Source of the DNA: Carcharhinus longimanus
Lineage: Eukaryota
Assembly: GCA_030264375.1 (NCBI GenBank)
Contig: JASCQW010000112.1
Location: forward strand, 36,959,650 to 37,023,649
Reading direction: 5' to 3'
Length of the DNA: 64,000 nt
Part shown: one piece after another, positions 52,116 to 64,000 of the stretch
Layout of the letters: each line of letters opens with the position of its first letter
Position numbering within the stretch: the stretch's first letter is position 1
The notes under the pieces: generated by a model
Told to the model about the DNA's origin: nothing
Databases searched by the model: none
Seen by the model: only the letters and a program-made list of their open reading frames with translations
Translations under genes and position numbers: made by a program

Positions 52116-52289
52116 CATCTTTACTATCCATAGGTTTAGCTACATCCAGTTCAAACGCATCGTGCATCTGTTCACCCCGAAAACGTTTTAGGTGTTCAGC
52201 TTCTATCAGATCACTGTCTTCCTCTTCTAAAGGTTGCCACGTACCATCAATAAACCACTGGCCACGCATGACTACAATAGTATCAGGTT
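52116..52289 (-). CDS. DDHD1: DDHD1 exon 2 (174 nt, phase 1-1)
   Basis: tttgcag|AA...AAAGATG|gtaag; encodes PDTIVVMRGQWFIDGTWQPLEEEDSDLIEAEHLKRFRGEQMHDAFELDVAKPMDSKD. Confidence 0.95.
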
Positions 52290-52915
52290 CTGCAAAGTCA
52301 AAGACAACACAGGCATAGTTAATAGTGGAAAGCAAAATCTGGCACGTTGCAAAATCTCAGAACACTTGTTTGCAAATATACTACAAAATTAATCTAAATA
52401 TTGCAACTGTTTTCATTACAGATGCTGCCTGATCTGGATTTTCTGTTTTTGTTGCAAGTTACTGAAACAATGGTAAGGGAAAGCGAGAAGGAAGACAGGG
52501 AAAAGGCAAACCTGCAACTAGTTTGCACTGTCCAAAATATTAAACAAAAAAAACAAGATTCGCATGTAAATAATTTTCTGTCTCATTACTTCTAAAGAGA
52601 TTTTTTTAAATATAAGTGGACTAACATAAGCTGTTAAGTGGTGGGGAGTGATTATTCCATGACTGTATTCCAGCAAGATCAACATTTCATTTCAAGCAAG
52701 AGAGTTTCAAAACAAATGCTCTATTTGTGAAGAAGCCTCCTTTCACCAGGTAGTACAAGGAATGTTATTACCAGCTCACTCAGGACTCTGACATCAAGGT
52801 GAAAAGTGGGCTACAAGGACATACTTGCCAGCAATGAGACCTGCTTGGTAATTTTAGCTCAGGCAGCTTCCTAATTGGTGGGCTGTGGGACCACTGTCCA
52901 ATTAAGCATTAAAAT

Positions 52916-53080
52916 AAAAGCAAAACACTGCAGAGGTCAGAAATCTGAAATGAAAACAGAAAATGGTGGATAAACTGAGCTGGTGTGGCAGCATTTGTGG
53001 AGAGAAAAACAGAGTTATAGTTTCAAATCTGTGTGACTCTTCAGAGTTGAAGAGTCATGTGGACTCGAAACATTAACCCT
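52916..53080. mobile_element. Penelope-type terminal palindromic repeat
   Basis: Similar to 34651-34780; contains the gactcttcagagttgaagagtc palindrome. Confidence 0.65.
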
Positions 53081-53419
53081 GAATAATTTCCATGACCCAG
53101 CCCCCAATCCTGGTGAAGAGAATTCTACAAACAAATGACCCTCAAAAGAGAAAAAAAAACTCTCTATCTCAGCCTTAAACAAAACATTAATGTTTACTGT
53201 GTTCCCTAGTTATAGAAACAGCCTCCCAGTGTCTAACCTATCAAGTCCCCTCAGGATCTTATATGTCTCAATAAGATCACCACCCAAAAAAAATGAGGGA
53301 AGTAATTAAGAGCTGGAAGGAAAGGTACAGAAGGGCCTGGAAATTCCTTGCTCAGCCCACCCACCTCAGGGGAAGTGGGGCCGGATTCAGGCTTCTGACA
53401 GGAAGCAATCCACATCCTT

Positions 53420-53735
53420 CATAGAATCCTCACAGTGCAGTGAAGGCCATTCAACCCATCAAGTCTGCACCGACTTTTTGACAGAGCTTCTTACCTAGAC
53501 TCACCCACGCTCTCTCTCTACCATAGATATACTATGGCTAATCCCCCAACCTACAAATCTTTGGGCACTAAGAGGCAATTTAACATGGCCAATCTACCAA
53601 GCCTGCACATTTCTGCACAGTAGGAGGAAACCAGAGCATCCAGAGGAAACCCACACAGACAAAGGGAGAGCATGCAAACTCTATCCAAGGCCAGGATCCT
53701 TGGTGCCATGATGCAGCAATACTAACCACTGTGCC
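53420..53735 (-). mobile_element. HE1-like V-SINE
   Basis: Reverse complement of the SINE head and tail. Confidence 0.85.
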
Positions 53736-53796
53736 CTGCCAAAAGTCATAAACCAATGAATGGGATTAGAAATCCCAGAATTGGGGCACGCACATG

Positions 53797-54190
53797 GGCA
53801 GCACAATAGTTAGCATTGTCGCCTCAGCACCAGGGACCTGGGTTCAATTCCAGCCTTGAGTGACTGTGTGTGGAGTTTGCACATTCTCTCTATGGCCGTG
53901 TGGGTTTCCTCTGGGTGCTCCGGTTTGTTCCTATGGTGCAAAGATGTGCAAGTTCGGTGTATTGGCCATACTAAATTGCCCCATAGTGTCCAAAGATTAG
54001 CAGGTTAAGTGGATTAACAATTCTAAATAACCTCTTAGTGTCCCAGGATGCATGGGTTAGGGGTATTAGTGGGAAAATACGTCGAATTACAGAGATATGG
54101 CTTGGCTGGGATACTCTGTCAAAGATTTGGTGCAAACTTGATGGGCTGAATGACCTTCTTCTACACTGTAGGGCTCCTATGATTCTATGA
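53797..54190 (+). mobile_element. HE1-like V-SINE with internal tandem units
   Basis: tRNA head, repeated ctaaat..tagtgtcc..gatg..ggttag units and ctatgattctatga tail. Confidence 0.88.
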
Positions 54191-55389
54191 AATGGCTCCC
54201 TAGTCAACCCTGCTCAGTGAAAATCTAGGTCCTAGTGTTCGGGGTCTGAGTTATGGAAAAAGATGAGAGAAATTAAAATTTTTATCAGGGAAAGAATGTT
54301 GGAAAGGCAACCTCATGATGATTGGTGGAAGTGATCCTTGAAATGCTGCCATTTTTTGTGGTGAACCTTGTCAGAAAGTGCTGAAAAGAGCATTTAAAAG
54401 GTGCAATGTTTAGTTGTTAAGGTTATAACATAACTTGGATGAATCCACGAGGAAATATATAATAGCAAATGGTACAAGGTTAATCTACAAATGCTACTTT
54501 AAAATAAAGAATGGGAGTGGAATCTGAGTGGGAAAAACAATTCTTACGATATAAGAATTACTAGAAAGGCCACCATTTGTTGTTGCCCATCCCCTAGAAG
54601 GTGATGGTGAGCTGCCCTCTGAAACTCTGTAGTAGTTTGACACAACTGAATGGCTCAGTAGACCACTTTGGCAGCAGTTAAGAGACAACAATGTCAGCAT
54701 GTGACTGTAGTCACATGTAGGCCAGGATGGGTAAGTAAGAATGGGCACCAAATACTGGTCTTGCTGATGGCATCCACATATTCAGAAAGGGTTAAAAACT
54801 TAGGCTAAACATAGATGCACTCAACTTTGAATATCACGGCACAATATCTGGTCATCATATCACTCAATTGTTTAAAAAATACAGAATAGATGGTGTTCAG
54901 GAAACTTGCAAGATTACTAATAATTTCCCCGCTTCCCCCTGGTATTTTTGGCACCTATGTGAAACAGACGGAAAGCTACGGTTTCATTTGGGAGTGGGAG
55001 GTGAAAAAGGCAAGAGTCAAAAGAACTTATAATTTTGTAAACTAGATCACAGGAGGAGCGTACAAGAAATCAGAGGGTTGAAGACTAGTATTAAAACACA
55101 ACAGATCAAACATTGCAAAAGGCAAATAAATATGATCCTCAAGCAGCACAGATGGTCAGCAAAGAAACATATGAATAAGCTCCCAAAGTAAGCAGCAAGG
55201 ACCTATTTCAAAGTAGACAAATCCTTTTGAAGGTCATGACGCATTTGGGAGGTTCCAGCATAACAGTAGAGGTTGATAATGCAAATCAATCGTAACTTTG
55301 AAGTTTATATATTAATTAGATTTAGAAATACAAATGTGAATGCAATTGGAGAGTTTCCCTTCAAACCTTCTCAAAGCAGCAAGCTCCCT

Positions 55390-55612
55390 TAGAATCAAAG
55401 GAGGAGGCCATTTGGACCATTGAGTCAGCACCGACTCTCCGACAGAGCATCTTTTCCCAGGCCTTCACCCACCCATTCCCATAACCCTGCACATTTGCCA
55501 TAGTTAATTTTTCTAACCTACACATCTTTGGACACTAAGGGACAATTTGGCATGGTCAATCCACCTAACCTGCACATCTTTGTACTGTGGGAGGAAACTG
55601 GAGCACCCGGAG
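55390..55612 (-). mobile_element. HE1-like SINE 3' portion
   Basis: ggccatttggaccattgagtc...ccacctaacctgcacatcttt..tgtgggaggaaactggagcaccc. Confidence 0.82.
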
Positions 55613-57004
55613 ATAACTCATGCAGCCACGTGATAAATATTTATTTAAGAAATGGGGGTTGGAGGAAAATAGAAGTTTTCTTTATTTTTGCACGTATGTG
55701 TGCTTTATCAAACTGAAAGACAAGCAGATTTAGATAATCAGATGATACATGCACATACATTTTATGCCTAACTGACCCTTCTACATTTGGCCATTTAAAT
55801 AGTATAAAAGGAGTACTTCACATTAGGTACTGACCCCCTCTGATCATTTATTATTCTTTTCATCTCCACTATATGTGATCTTTGTATGCTAACAATGCTT
55901 ACAAAAACTGAGGTTTTCTATACTTAGTAGCTTGACATCTCAATGCAGCTACATAGATTGGTGCCAATAGAATCACGATCATGGTTGTTGAGCAGCAGAT
56001 AGTATTCCTACTGTTCTATTATAGCACATAGGCTTACAGTACATTTGGAGTGAACTAAAACCTTTTAACAATACCACCACAATTTGCTAGGCATCAAAAC
56101 TGAATTTTTAGCTTGGCAAAATCAATTGCTGCATTAGACACACCAATATTCCACAAACAGCTATAAGATATTAATATATGCAAGATCAATGGTGATGACT
56201 TGTGCTTGTTAATGCGTTCACAATAATATCGAAAGTGCTTTTAATGAATATTTGAATGTTTACAGAAACATCTGATTAGAATTTTCTTCCCTACTCCCAT
56301 TCTGAAAGAACTCTGTTTAAATGCAATGGGCTCATCCAAGTTCTGTTATAACATTAATGACAGAACACTGCACCTCTTTTGATGCTCTTTTCAGTACCTT
56401 TCTTTGCAAGTACCACCAACAAATAGCAACATTTCAAAGAATCATTTCCACCAATTATCATCACTATCTTATTTTTCTACTTAGGCATTGCATTTTATCT
56501 CCCGAAACCAAAGACTCTGATTTCCTTCCCTACACATGCACCAACCCACACACACTCCAAATCTAATTTCAAACACCAGCCATCCTTTACATTCCCTCAC
56601 ATGAATGCATCAAATTATGCATCATTTTCTGGAGGGTATGCACTCAAAAATGGAATGATATCCACAAAGTACACTTACATATACCTAGATCAGATTTAAG
56701 TCCATGTAACAAACTGAAAAACCAATTTTGCAACAATCAACAGAAGAATATAAAAGGAAGTAGATTCTGCAGCCTCTTAAGCCAGCTCCACCATTCAATA
56801 TGATCATAAATGATACCTTACTTCCGGCCTGCTCCCTATATCCTTGTTCTGAGAAATCAAAAATCTCTCACCTCCATCCTGAATATACCCAAAGAAGCAT
56901 CTATTGGAATAGAAAATGTCAAAGATTCACAATCCGGAGTGAGGAAATTTCTTTTCATCCAAGTCCTAAAAGACTGCCCCCTTATCATGAAGTTTTTAAA
57001 AATT

Positions 57005-57640
57005 AATTTATGGAATGTGGGCATTGCTGGCTAGGCCAACATTTGTTGCCCATCTCCAACAGCCCTTGAGAAATGGTGGTGAGCTGTCTTCTTAAACTGC
57101 TGCAGTCCCTACGGTGTAGGTCTACCCAGAGTGCTGTCAGGGAGGGAGTTCCAAGATTTTAACTCGAAAACAGTGATGGGATGGCAATATATTTCCAAGT
57201 CAGGATGGTGAGTGACTTACAGAGGAACTTCCATGTGGTGGTGTTCCCATGTGACTGCTACCCTTGTCCTTCTAGATGCTAGAAATCCTGAGTTTGGGAG
57301 GTTCTGCCCAGGGAGCCTTACTACGTGAATCTTGCAGATGATACACACTGCTGCCAGTGTTCAATGGTAGAGGGGGGTGAATGTTTGTGGAAAGGGTGCC
57401 AATCATGCCGGCTGCTTTGTCATGGATGGTGTCCAGCTTCTTCAGCGTTGGAGGAGCTGCACCCATCCAGGCAAGTGAACTGTATTCCATCACATTCCTG
57501 ACTTTTGCCTTTTAGATGGTGGACAGGCTTTGGGGAGTCAGGAGATGAGTTACTCGCTGCAGAATTCCTAGCCTCTGACCTGACCCTGTAATCACACAGT
57601 ATTGATATGGCTTGTTCAGTTCAATTTCTGGTGACCTGTA
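57005..57640 (-). mobile_element. Non-LTR retrotransposon 3' end, inserted in an older CR1 tail (about 56740-57790)
   Basis: MEYSSLAWMGAAPPTLKKLDTIHDKAA. Confidence 0.82.
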
Positions 57641-60600
57641 GAATGTGTTGAATTCAACCCACAACCAGTGTTCTAGATTCCCTAACTATGTAAAACAATC
57701 TCTCAGTAGCTACCCTGTCAAGCCTCTTCAGAACGTCTGTACGTTTCCATAAAATCACACCTCATTCTTCAGAATGCAGAGGCCCAATAAATTGTGCAGG
57801 AGACCAAAAGTGAGCTTCCTGACAGCAGGATAAAGCTATTGAATTAAGTTGGTGGATACTAAGCTTCTTGACTGCAAACATCAGGAACCTCTTTTTAATA
57901 TGTTTCCATGTAATGCATCACATTAAAAGTTAATCCTACCAGAATTAAATGTACCTTTCCAAACAATAAGTGAGAGAGAAACACACGTCTTCAGTTTCAT
58001 AACTGCTTCAGAGTGGCATGCAGCAGGTGAGGTAGTCTTCATGTCCATTGATCAAAAGTGCTCAGGACAGGAAGAAGATCCTCCTGCACCCAGCCCTGGA
58101 AACAGAGTTCCCTACCTTTCCCAGAAGGCCTGGAGCAGAATCATCTCTGAAACCTGGGGCGGCTCTTTGTCTGCACTTGGACACTTGTCACTTTTGTAAG
58201 CTGTGCCAGCAGCTCCAGGGATTGAGGGGGAGTGGCAGCAGTTCCAGGAATTGGGTGGAGGGTGGCATACGGGGGAAAAAGGGAAGAGGATTGTAACATC
58301 TCTAGCGATCAATGATAGTTGGAGCAGGGTGTTGTGGCAGCAGATCCACGTGGCAGTGGAAGGAGGATGGCAATAGTTCACAAATCCTCTCAGACAGTGA
58401 ATGAATGCCTATCTGGGTGCCCTTTAAATTTGCTATCGGAGCTTCGAGCCTCGTGAATAATGGTAAGGGCATCGACTTCCTACCTGTCACGTGACTGACT
58501 GTGCTTCTCAAACCGAAGTGGCTGGTGATGTGTAATCATGTATGGACGNNNNNNNNNNGTGTGCAAATGCTGCACACTTCTACTTGTCCTTCTGGTAACA
58601 ACTTCACCAGGACCAGCAGTTTCCACCCTTATTTGCTCTCTAAATGGTCCAAAAGCAAAATGTGTACAAGAAGCATTTGGGCCAGTATTGTGTCCCACCA
58701 GAGAATGAACAGATACCTTTCTGACAGAAAAAATGCTACTTGAGTAAGGATAAATCTTACAAGAGAAAAGAAAATACAAAGTGAATTCTCTTTCTCTGAT
58801 ACTTAATTATAAATATTTTTGACTAAACGTCAGCCACTTTGGGGGTCAAGTTTAAGTTCATTTTCAGCACCATCCTGCTGGAAATAGTCAAGCTAGGGCA
58901 AAAGACCGGAAAATTGTGAATGCAAGGTTGATGCACCTAAATCACTTACGCTTGAGCTTTCAACGGTCTTTTATACTTGAAGATTCAATTTGTTGGATTA
59001 GACACTGCCCACAAAACCTACACGCTTCACTGTAGAATTTTTTACATTTGCACTGTTATCACCTTTTGGTTTTAGTTGCGGCAATCTGGTGCCCACAGAG
59101 GTGGTGAACGACTTGTTGTGTCATCAGTGGAATTACAATGGCAGAACTGGATTCAATTCAACTTCTACATCCGATTTTCAAATTTAATGACTCAAGGAAA
59201 AAACTTCCAATTTCTCAGCACAGATGCCTTCAGTTTGTCTACTAAAAATGTTGTGGCAGATCCTCAAAACCAACTGGTTTACTTACTAACGTGTTTAAAT
59301 TTAACAGATGGGCTGTTAGAAAATGCCTTGATCCAATATGCATCTAATTCCTAGAAGGAACATTGTTACTGTACAGGGAGAATTGCAGCATGCCATACTC
59401 TCATAGCTGACTATCATTCTGGACAACACATTAACTTTGCACTCAGCATGTATACAACACAATAGCAAATTTTTGTGATGCATATATTTCAATTATTTAC
59501 TTGAGCACTGAAAGCTTCTTCTGACAGATATAATCATTGAAGCGTGATTCCAAGTCAAAGTTGCATCACTGCATCCACCTGTCTACTAATTTTAACAAAT
59601 GTTATGCAAGACAATTAACATAACAATGCCCAGTTAAAAACAGCTGGTGCGTGACAAGAGACATATGGTTTATTGTCATTTCTACATTCTCTTCATAAAT
59701 ATGCACCATATATATTTGGAAATTGTAATCTCCTCTGCCCCACAATTTGGAGTGTCTTTTTACAAAGCTTACTTCCAAGTCAAAAGCTGCTGAGATAACT
59801 AACAACTGACATACATCAAGAAAAAAATCATATCAAACTTACAGTAAAGTGCAAAATATCCTGAAGTGTTTTCTATACTGTTAGAATGCCGATTAATTAA
59901 AACAACAAATGCTATTCCATGATCACTTGAAGATAACATACAATTTATATCCATCTTGACCTCTCACACACGTCCATGGTACACCTTTCATGTTCAGTCA
60001 TTTCACTCTTTAAACACTCCTTTCACTGTGCCTTCATGATCTTCATTTTTAAACCCTCCTCCTGTCCTAACTCAACTACCTTAAGCATAGTATCTTCAAT
60101 TNNNNNNNNNNNNNNNNNNCCCTGTCTCCTTCAGCTTCACCATCACAATAAACTAACACATCCTTGGCCACCATCCTCAATTTCTTCATTACGAGAGCTT
60201 GCAACCTTGAACATCTCCACCAGAGCAATTTTCTGAAATCACTCAACTCTTACACATCTTCTTATCCATCTTAATTCGTCCACTTTAATCGTCCAAACCT
60301 GTAAAATATGACCGGTTTATTCCCTTCCAAATGTCCCCTTAACTAGCTCTCCCCTCATCTATCCCTCATCCTGACAATGACATCTCTTAACTGGACGCAT
60401 AAATTTCTGGCCACTATCTTTAATATCTCCATTCTTCCATAGATTCCAGATGACCTCCCATCCCTACACTTCTAAAAATATAGGGACGAGAGATTTTCTA
60501 AAAAGAACCCCTACTGCTTTGTAGTCCATGGCTGATGGACAATTTCAGAGCAGACTAACATCACCAGATTCAATTTCACAAAGTTAATCAGCAACATCAC

Positions 60601-60728
60601 CCCTCCTCTATTTAAAGTCCTCATATTATTATCTCAACCTCCTCCAATTGATCTTCACCCCCGACATTAAATGTAAGGAGCTTGCGTACCTTTATTTCTA
60701 AAGGCAGAACCATCCACATGGCCTCCCC

Positions 60729-61032
60729 ATAGAATCCCTACAGTGCAGAATGAGGCCTTTCGACCCATTGGGCTTACATCAACAACGATCTCACCCATGC
60801 CCTCTCCCCGTAATCCCACGTATCTATCCTGTTAATCCCCCTGACACTATGGGGCAATTTAACATGGCCAATCAACTTAACCCACACGTTTGGATCGTGG
60901 GAGGAAACCGGAGCACCCAGAGGAAACCCACAAGGAGAAAATGCAAACTCCATACAGGCAGTCACACGAGGCCAGAATCGAACCCAGGTCCCTGATCCTG
61001 TAAGGCAGCAGCGTTAATCATTGTGCCACCAT
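60729..61032 (-). mobile_element. HE1-like V-SINE
   Basis: atagaatccctacagtgcagaa...gaatcgaacccagg...tgtgccacc. Confidence 0.9.
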
Positions 61033-62096
61033 CCTCTACCCCTCCGCCTCCTCTGTCCTCTCCATCACACTACATCTTCCACAATGGTACTCAGATTCCA
61101 GCATTCAAATTCACATTTCCATAGACCCAGAATCTAACTGCATCTGCTGTTAGTTAGACATACCCTTGTTTAGGTTTTTACACCTATGCAAGGCAAGTTG
61201 CCACAAGCGTGAGCTTTCAATGGCTCTAGAAAAAACAGGGCATCAGGGACCCAAGAGGTGCAATGGTGCATCGTGTTAACCAATTCAAGGATTATGAAAT
61301 TATCCGTATAAGGAAGGAGATGCAACTTAAAAGTGAGTGAATTCAATATCAAAAAGAGAATTAAAGAGAGGTAGAGGAGGATTGAATGTGAAAAGGCAAA
61401 TAACATTTCTAAGATCTTCCACAATTAAAATCCAAAGGAATAAGACTCCAAGTCTGTGAATGCAATTTTCAGTGCCAGGCAGATTGGTAATTAACTTTTA
61501 TAACATCACTAAAAGAGCATTTAAACTGAAATAGACAAAACTTAATTCTGTGGCAAGTTTATTAACAGTGCACCATTTAAAGCATCTCAATCTCAGAGAT
61601 GCCATTTTCGCAAAGCCACCGGCAGTAATATTACTAAGACGAGAAACATTTGGATATTAGAGTCTTATCAACATTTGCCCACCTCCTGAAGTTGCTGCAC
61701 TATTTGCACATAACTAATATTGAGCACCATTAATTCACCATTATTTTAACAGCAAAGTCTGGACCATTTTCTCTCTCAACTATCCCCCTAGCCAACTCCT
61801 AGTTACTCACACAAACATAGCATCATTAATTTCTCCCTTTCTTCTGTCATTCTTACAGCAGGGTTAATATTCAATTTCACTGCTTAGGTAGTAACTGACA
61901 GAATTAATCATATACCCATTATAAAGCCCAGTTATCATTTCCGTTGAAATCAATGGGATGAGAATAGGGCTAGTTCCACCACAGATTAGCGATCTTCACC
62001 ATCAGATTACCATTTAAGCAGGAAAGTTAAAAATTAAGCCTGCTTAGCGTCTCCAATCTCTTAATGCTTTAATACTCCTTAATGCTTCAATAGTTT

Positions 62097-62490
62097 TTGA
62101 GTCAGAAGGTTGTGCATAAAGTTCCACTTTGTGACTTGTACAAAAAGAAAGGCTGACACCCCAATGTAGCACTGAACAAGCACCAACCTTTGGATGAGAC
62201 GAAGTTACTGCTTGTCTCCTCATGGGGGACAAAAAGATTCCAGCACACTATTTCAAGTAGCGGGGGAGTTCTCTATGATGTCCTTACCAAAATTTACCCC
62301 TCAATCACCAGTTAAAAATTCTAATCATTCAAATGCTATTTGTGTCATCTTGCTGAACACAAGTTGATTTTCATTCCACCTACACAACAACAATGACTAC
62401 ACTTAAATTAGTTATTAAATTAGTTGTAAAGTGCTATGAGACATCTAGAGGCCATGAAAGGTGCTTTTTAAAAACAATTCTCTTTTTCTT
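62097..62490 (+). mobile_element. DeuSINE (SacSINE1-like)
   Basis: gagtcagaaggttgtg..ggctgacacc..ttggatgagacg..tgactacactt..gaaaggtgct. Confidence 0.75.
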
Positions 62491-63579
62491 TGTTGCCACC
62501 TAAATAAATATTCTGAATTCTCTCTCACCTACAACACAGACTACTTTCATTCCATCTATTTACGAAGTGTCTTGAGGTGCCACATTCTGTTAAGGTGCTA
62601 AGCAAATGCAAGTTATTGTAGTCTTAATCAAAATCACTAATGTCATGCACATGTTGTTACACTTATGCTTCCTACTATATTCAAGACTTTTTTCACCAAC
62701 TGAGTTCAGTGGTTCTTCACCATACTGTGCTCTCACACCTGCACAGTTAGTGTAGCCCTAAATTTCAACATTTTAAAAATTCTGTTATTGTACAATCATC
62801 TCCATTATACCTAAGAGCTTCATTGTTGCTAGCATCGCATCAATCATTTAAATTAACCTTTCTGCAACATCACTCACAATGAGCCATCTTTGGCATATAT
62901 ACTGTCCACCACTATCAAAACTGATTCAATGTCGCTACACTGTTAATGTAAGAAGTGTCTTCCCATGACATCTTTTTGGTGCCTATCACCAGTAACCTTT
63001 GATCTTGACTTGGTCAGCTCTTCCATGCTTCCCTCAGACTAAAGCATGTATACAAAACCATGACCTCAATTTGATACTGAACTGAGCTTTTTGGTCTCAT
63101 AACTGACCAGTTGTCATTCCTCAAAACTCAGCAAAATCACTGCAAGATCTTGTAGAAGTTTAAATCCTATTTTGCTTTACTATCTGGAAGAGCTCCTTCA
63201 GCTTTGTGCTCCTGATTTCCAAAGTGTTGACTGTTGCCCACTTCTGCTACAGCAACATTGTTGATGATTATACCCTTGCTCCCTGGGATTCTCTCAACTA
63301 AGCCACGTTGTCATCTTCAAACGTTGTTACTTCTGATAACTGAGGGAGCACCATATAAATGTATGATAATTAACCTAAAAATTGTGTGTATGTTTGGAGC
63401 TCCATTATTAATAACTTGAAGAGGTAATTAAAAAAAGGGTTAACTTCTATGCAGCATCTTATCAGTGTTAATTGAAACTCTAGAAAATGTTAAATAAAAC
63501 ATTTAGAAATCGGGGTACAAACTGGAACAATAAATGGTTTTCTAAAGGAAGGCAGGTGCGTTTACGGTTGAGAATCATT

Positions 63580-63843
63580 GCAATGGTTAGCTGCTGCTTC
63601 AGAACACCAGGGACCAGGGTTCGATTCCCGGCTTGGATCACTGTCTCTGCGGAGTCTGCATGTTCTCCCCGTGTCTGTGTGGGTTTTCTCTGGTTTCTTT
63701 CCACAGTCTGAAAGACATGCTGATCAGGTGCTTTGGCTGTGCTAAATTCTACCTCAGTGTACCCGAACAGGCACCAGAGTGTGGTGACTAGGGGATTTTC
63801 ACAGTAACTTCACTGCAGTAACTTGTGACACTAATAAATAAAG
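63580..63843 (+). mobile_element. V-SINE with an alternative tail (second family; a reverse-oriented tail lies at about 21455-21535)
   Basis: ggttcgattcccggcttgg, V-domain, and ggggattttcacagtaacttc...gtgacactaataaataaa tail. Confidence 0.82.
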
Positions 63844-64000
63844 CAAAAAACATCTTCCAGAAGCAAAGGGGAAGCTCATAGACAGGTCAGTCTTGTTTAA
63901 CCCAGTTGCTGATTTTTCTTGGCTATAAAAGGGGGGAGGCAGGTTAGGATAGGGGAAGAAGCGACACTCACGGTACCAATAGACAGGGTAACAGCCCTTG

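Larger units (their letters stand above)
5668..52289 (-). other. DDHD1: DDHD1 gene body (exons 2-9 visible; gene extends beyond both ends)
   Basis: Eight minus-strand exons splice in frame into a protein matching vertebrate DDHD1 in order and phase. Confidence 0.96.

Noticed and set aside
1-64000. Prokaryotic-type systems (CRISPR arrays, operons, defence islands)
   Set aside because: This is vertebrate intronic DNA, and I saw no regularly spaced repeat-spacer array or operon structure.

Overview
Eukaryotic, AT-rich, repeat-dense genomic DNA with several N gaps. The SINE/LINE content (HE1-like V-SINEs, SacSINE1-like DeuSINEs, CR1/HER1-like LINEs, Penelope-like elements, Harbinger fossils and MITEs) points to a cartilaginous fish, probably a shark. 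The window lies inside the DDHD1 (phosphatidic acid-preferring phospholipase A1) gene on the minus strand. Eight consecutive coding exons (orthologous exons 2-9) were mapped by hand with GT-AG boundaries and continuous phase, including the catalytic AHSLG exon. Exon 1 and exons 10 onward were not found. The most notable unexplained signals are: (i) two intact, phase-compatible PLEKHG7-like exons with their intron, antisense inside DDHD1 intron 5; (ii) candidate in-frame cassette/microexons of 24 and 51 nt in intron 2 and 42 nt in intron 8, with RBFOX motifs and a possible recursive AG|GT site; (iii) a TSD-flanked foldback Penelope-derived element with a hammerhead-like core; (iv) a 28S rRNA fragment. 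Family assignments come from recall, not database searches. Repeat boundaries are approximate unless stated otherwise.
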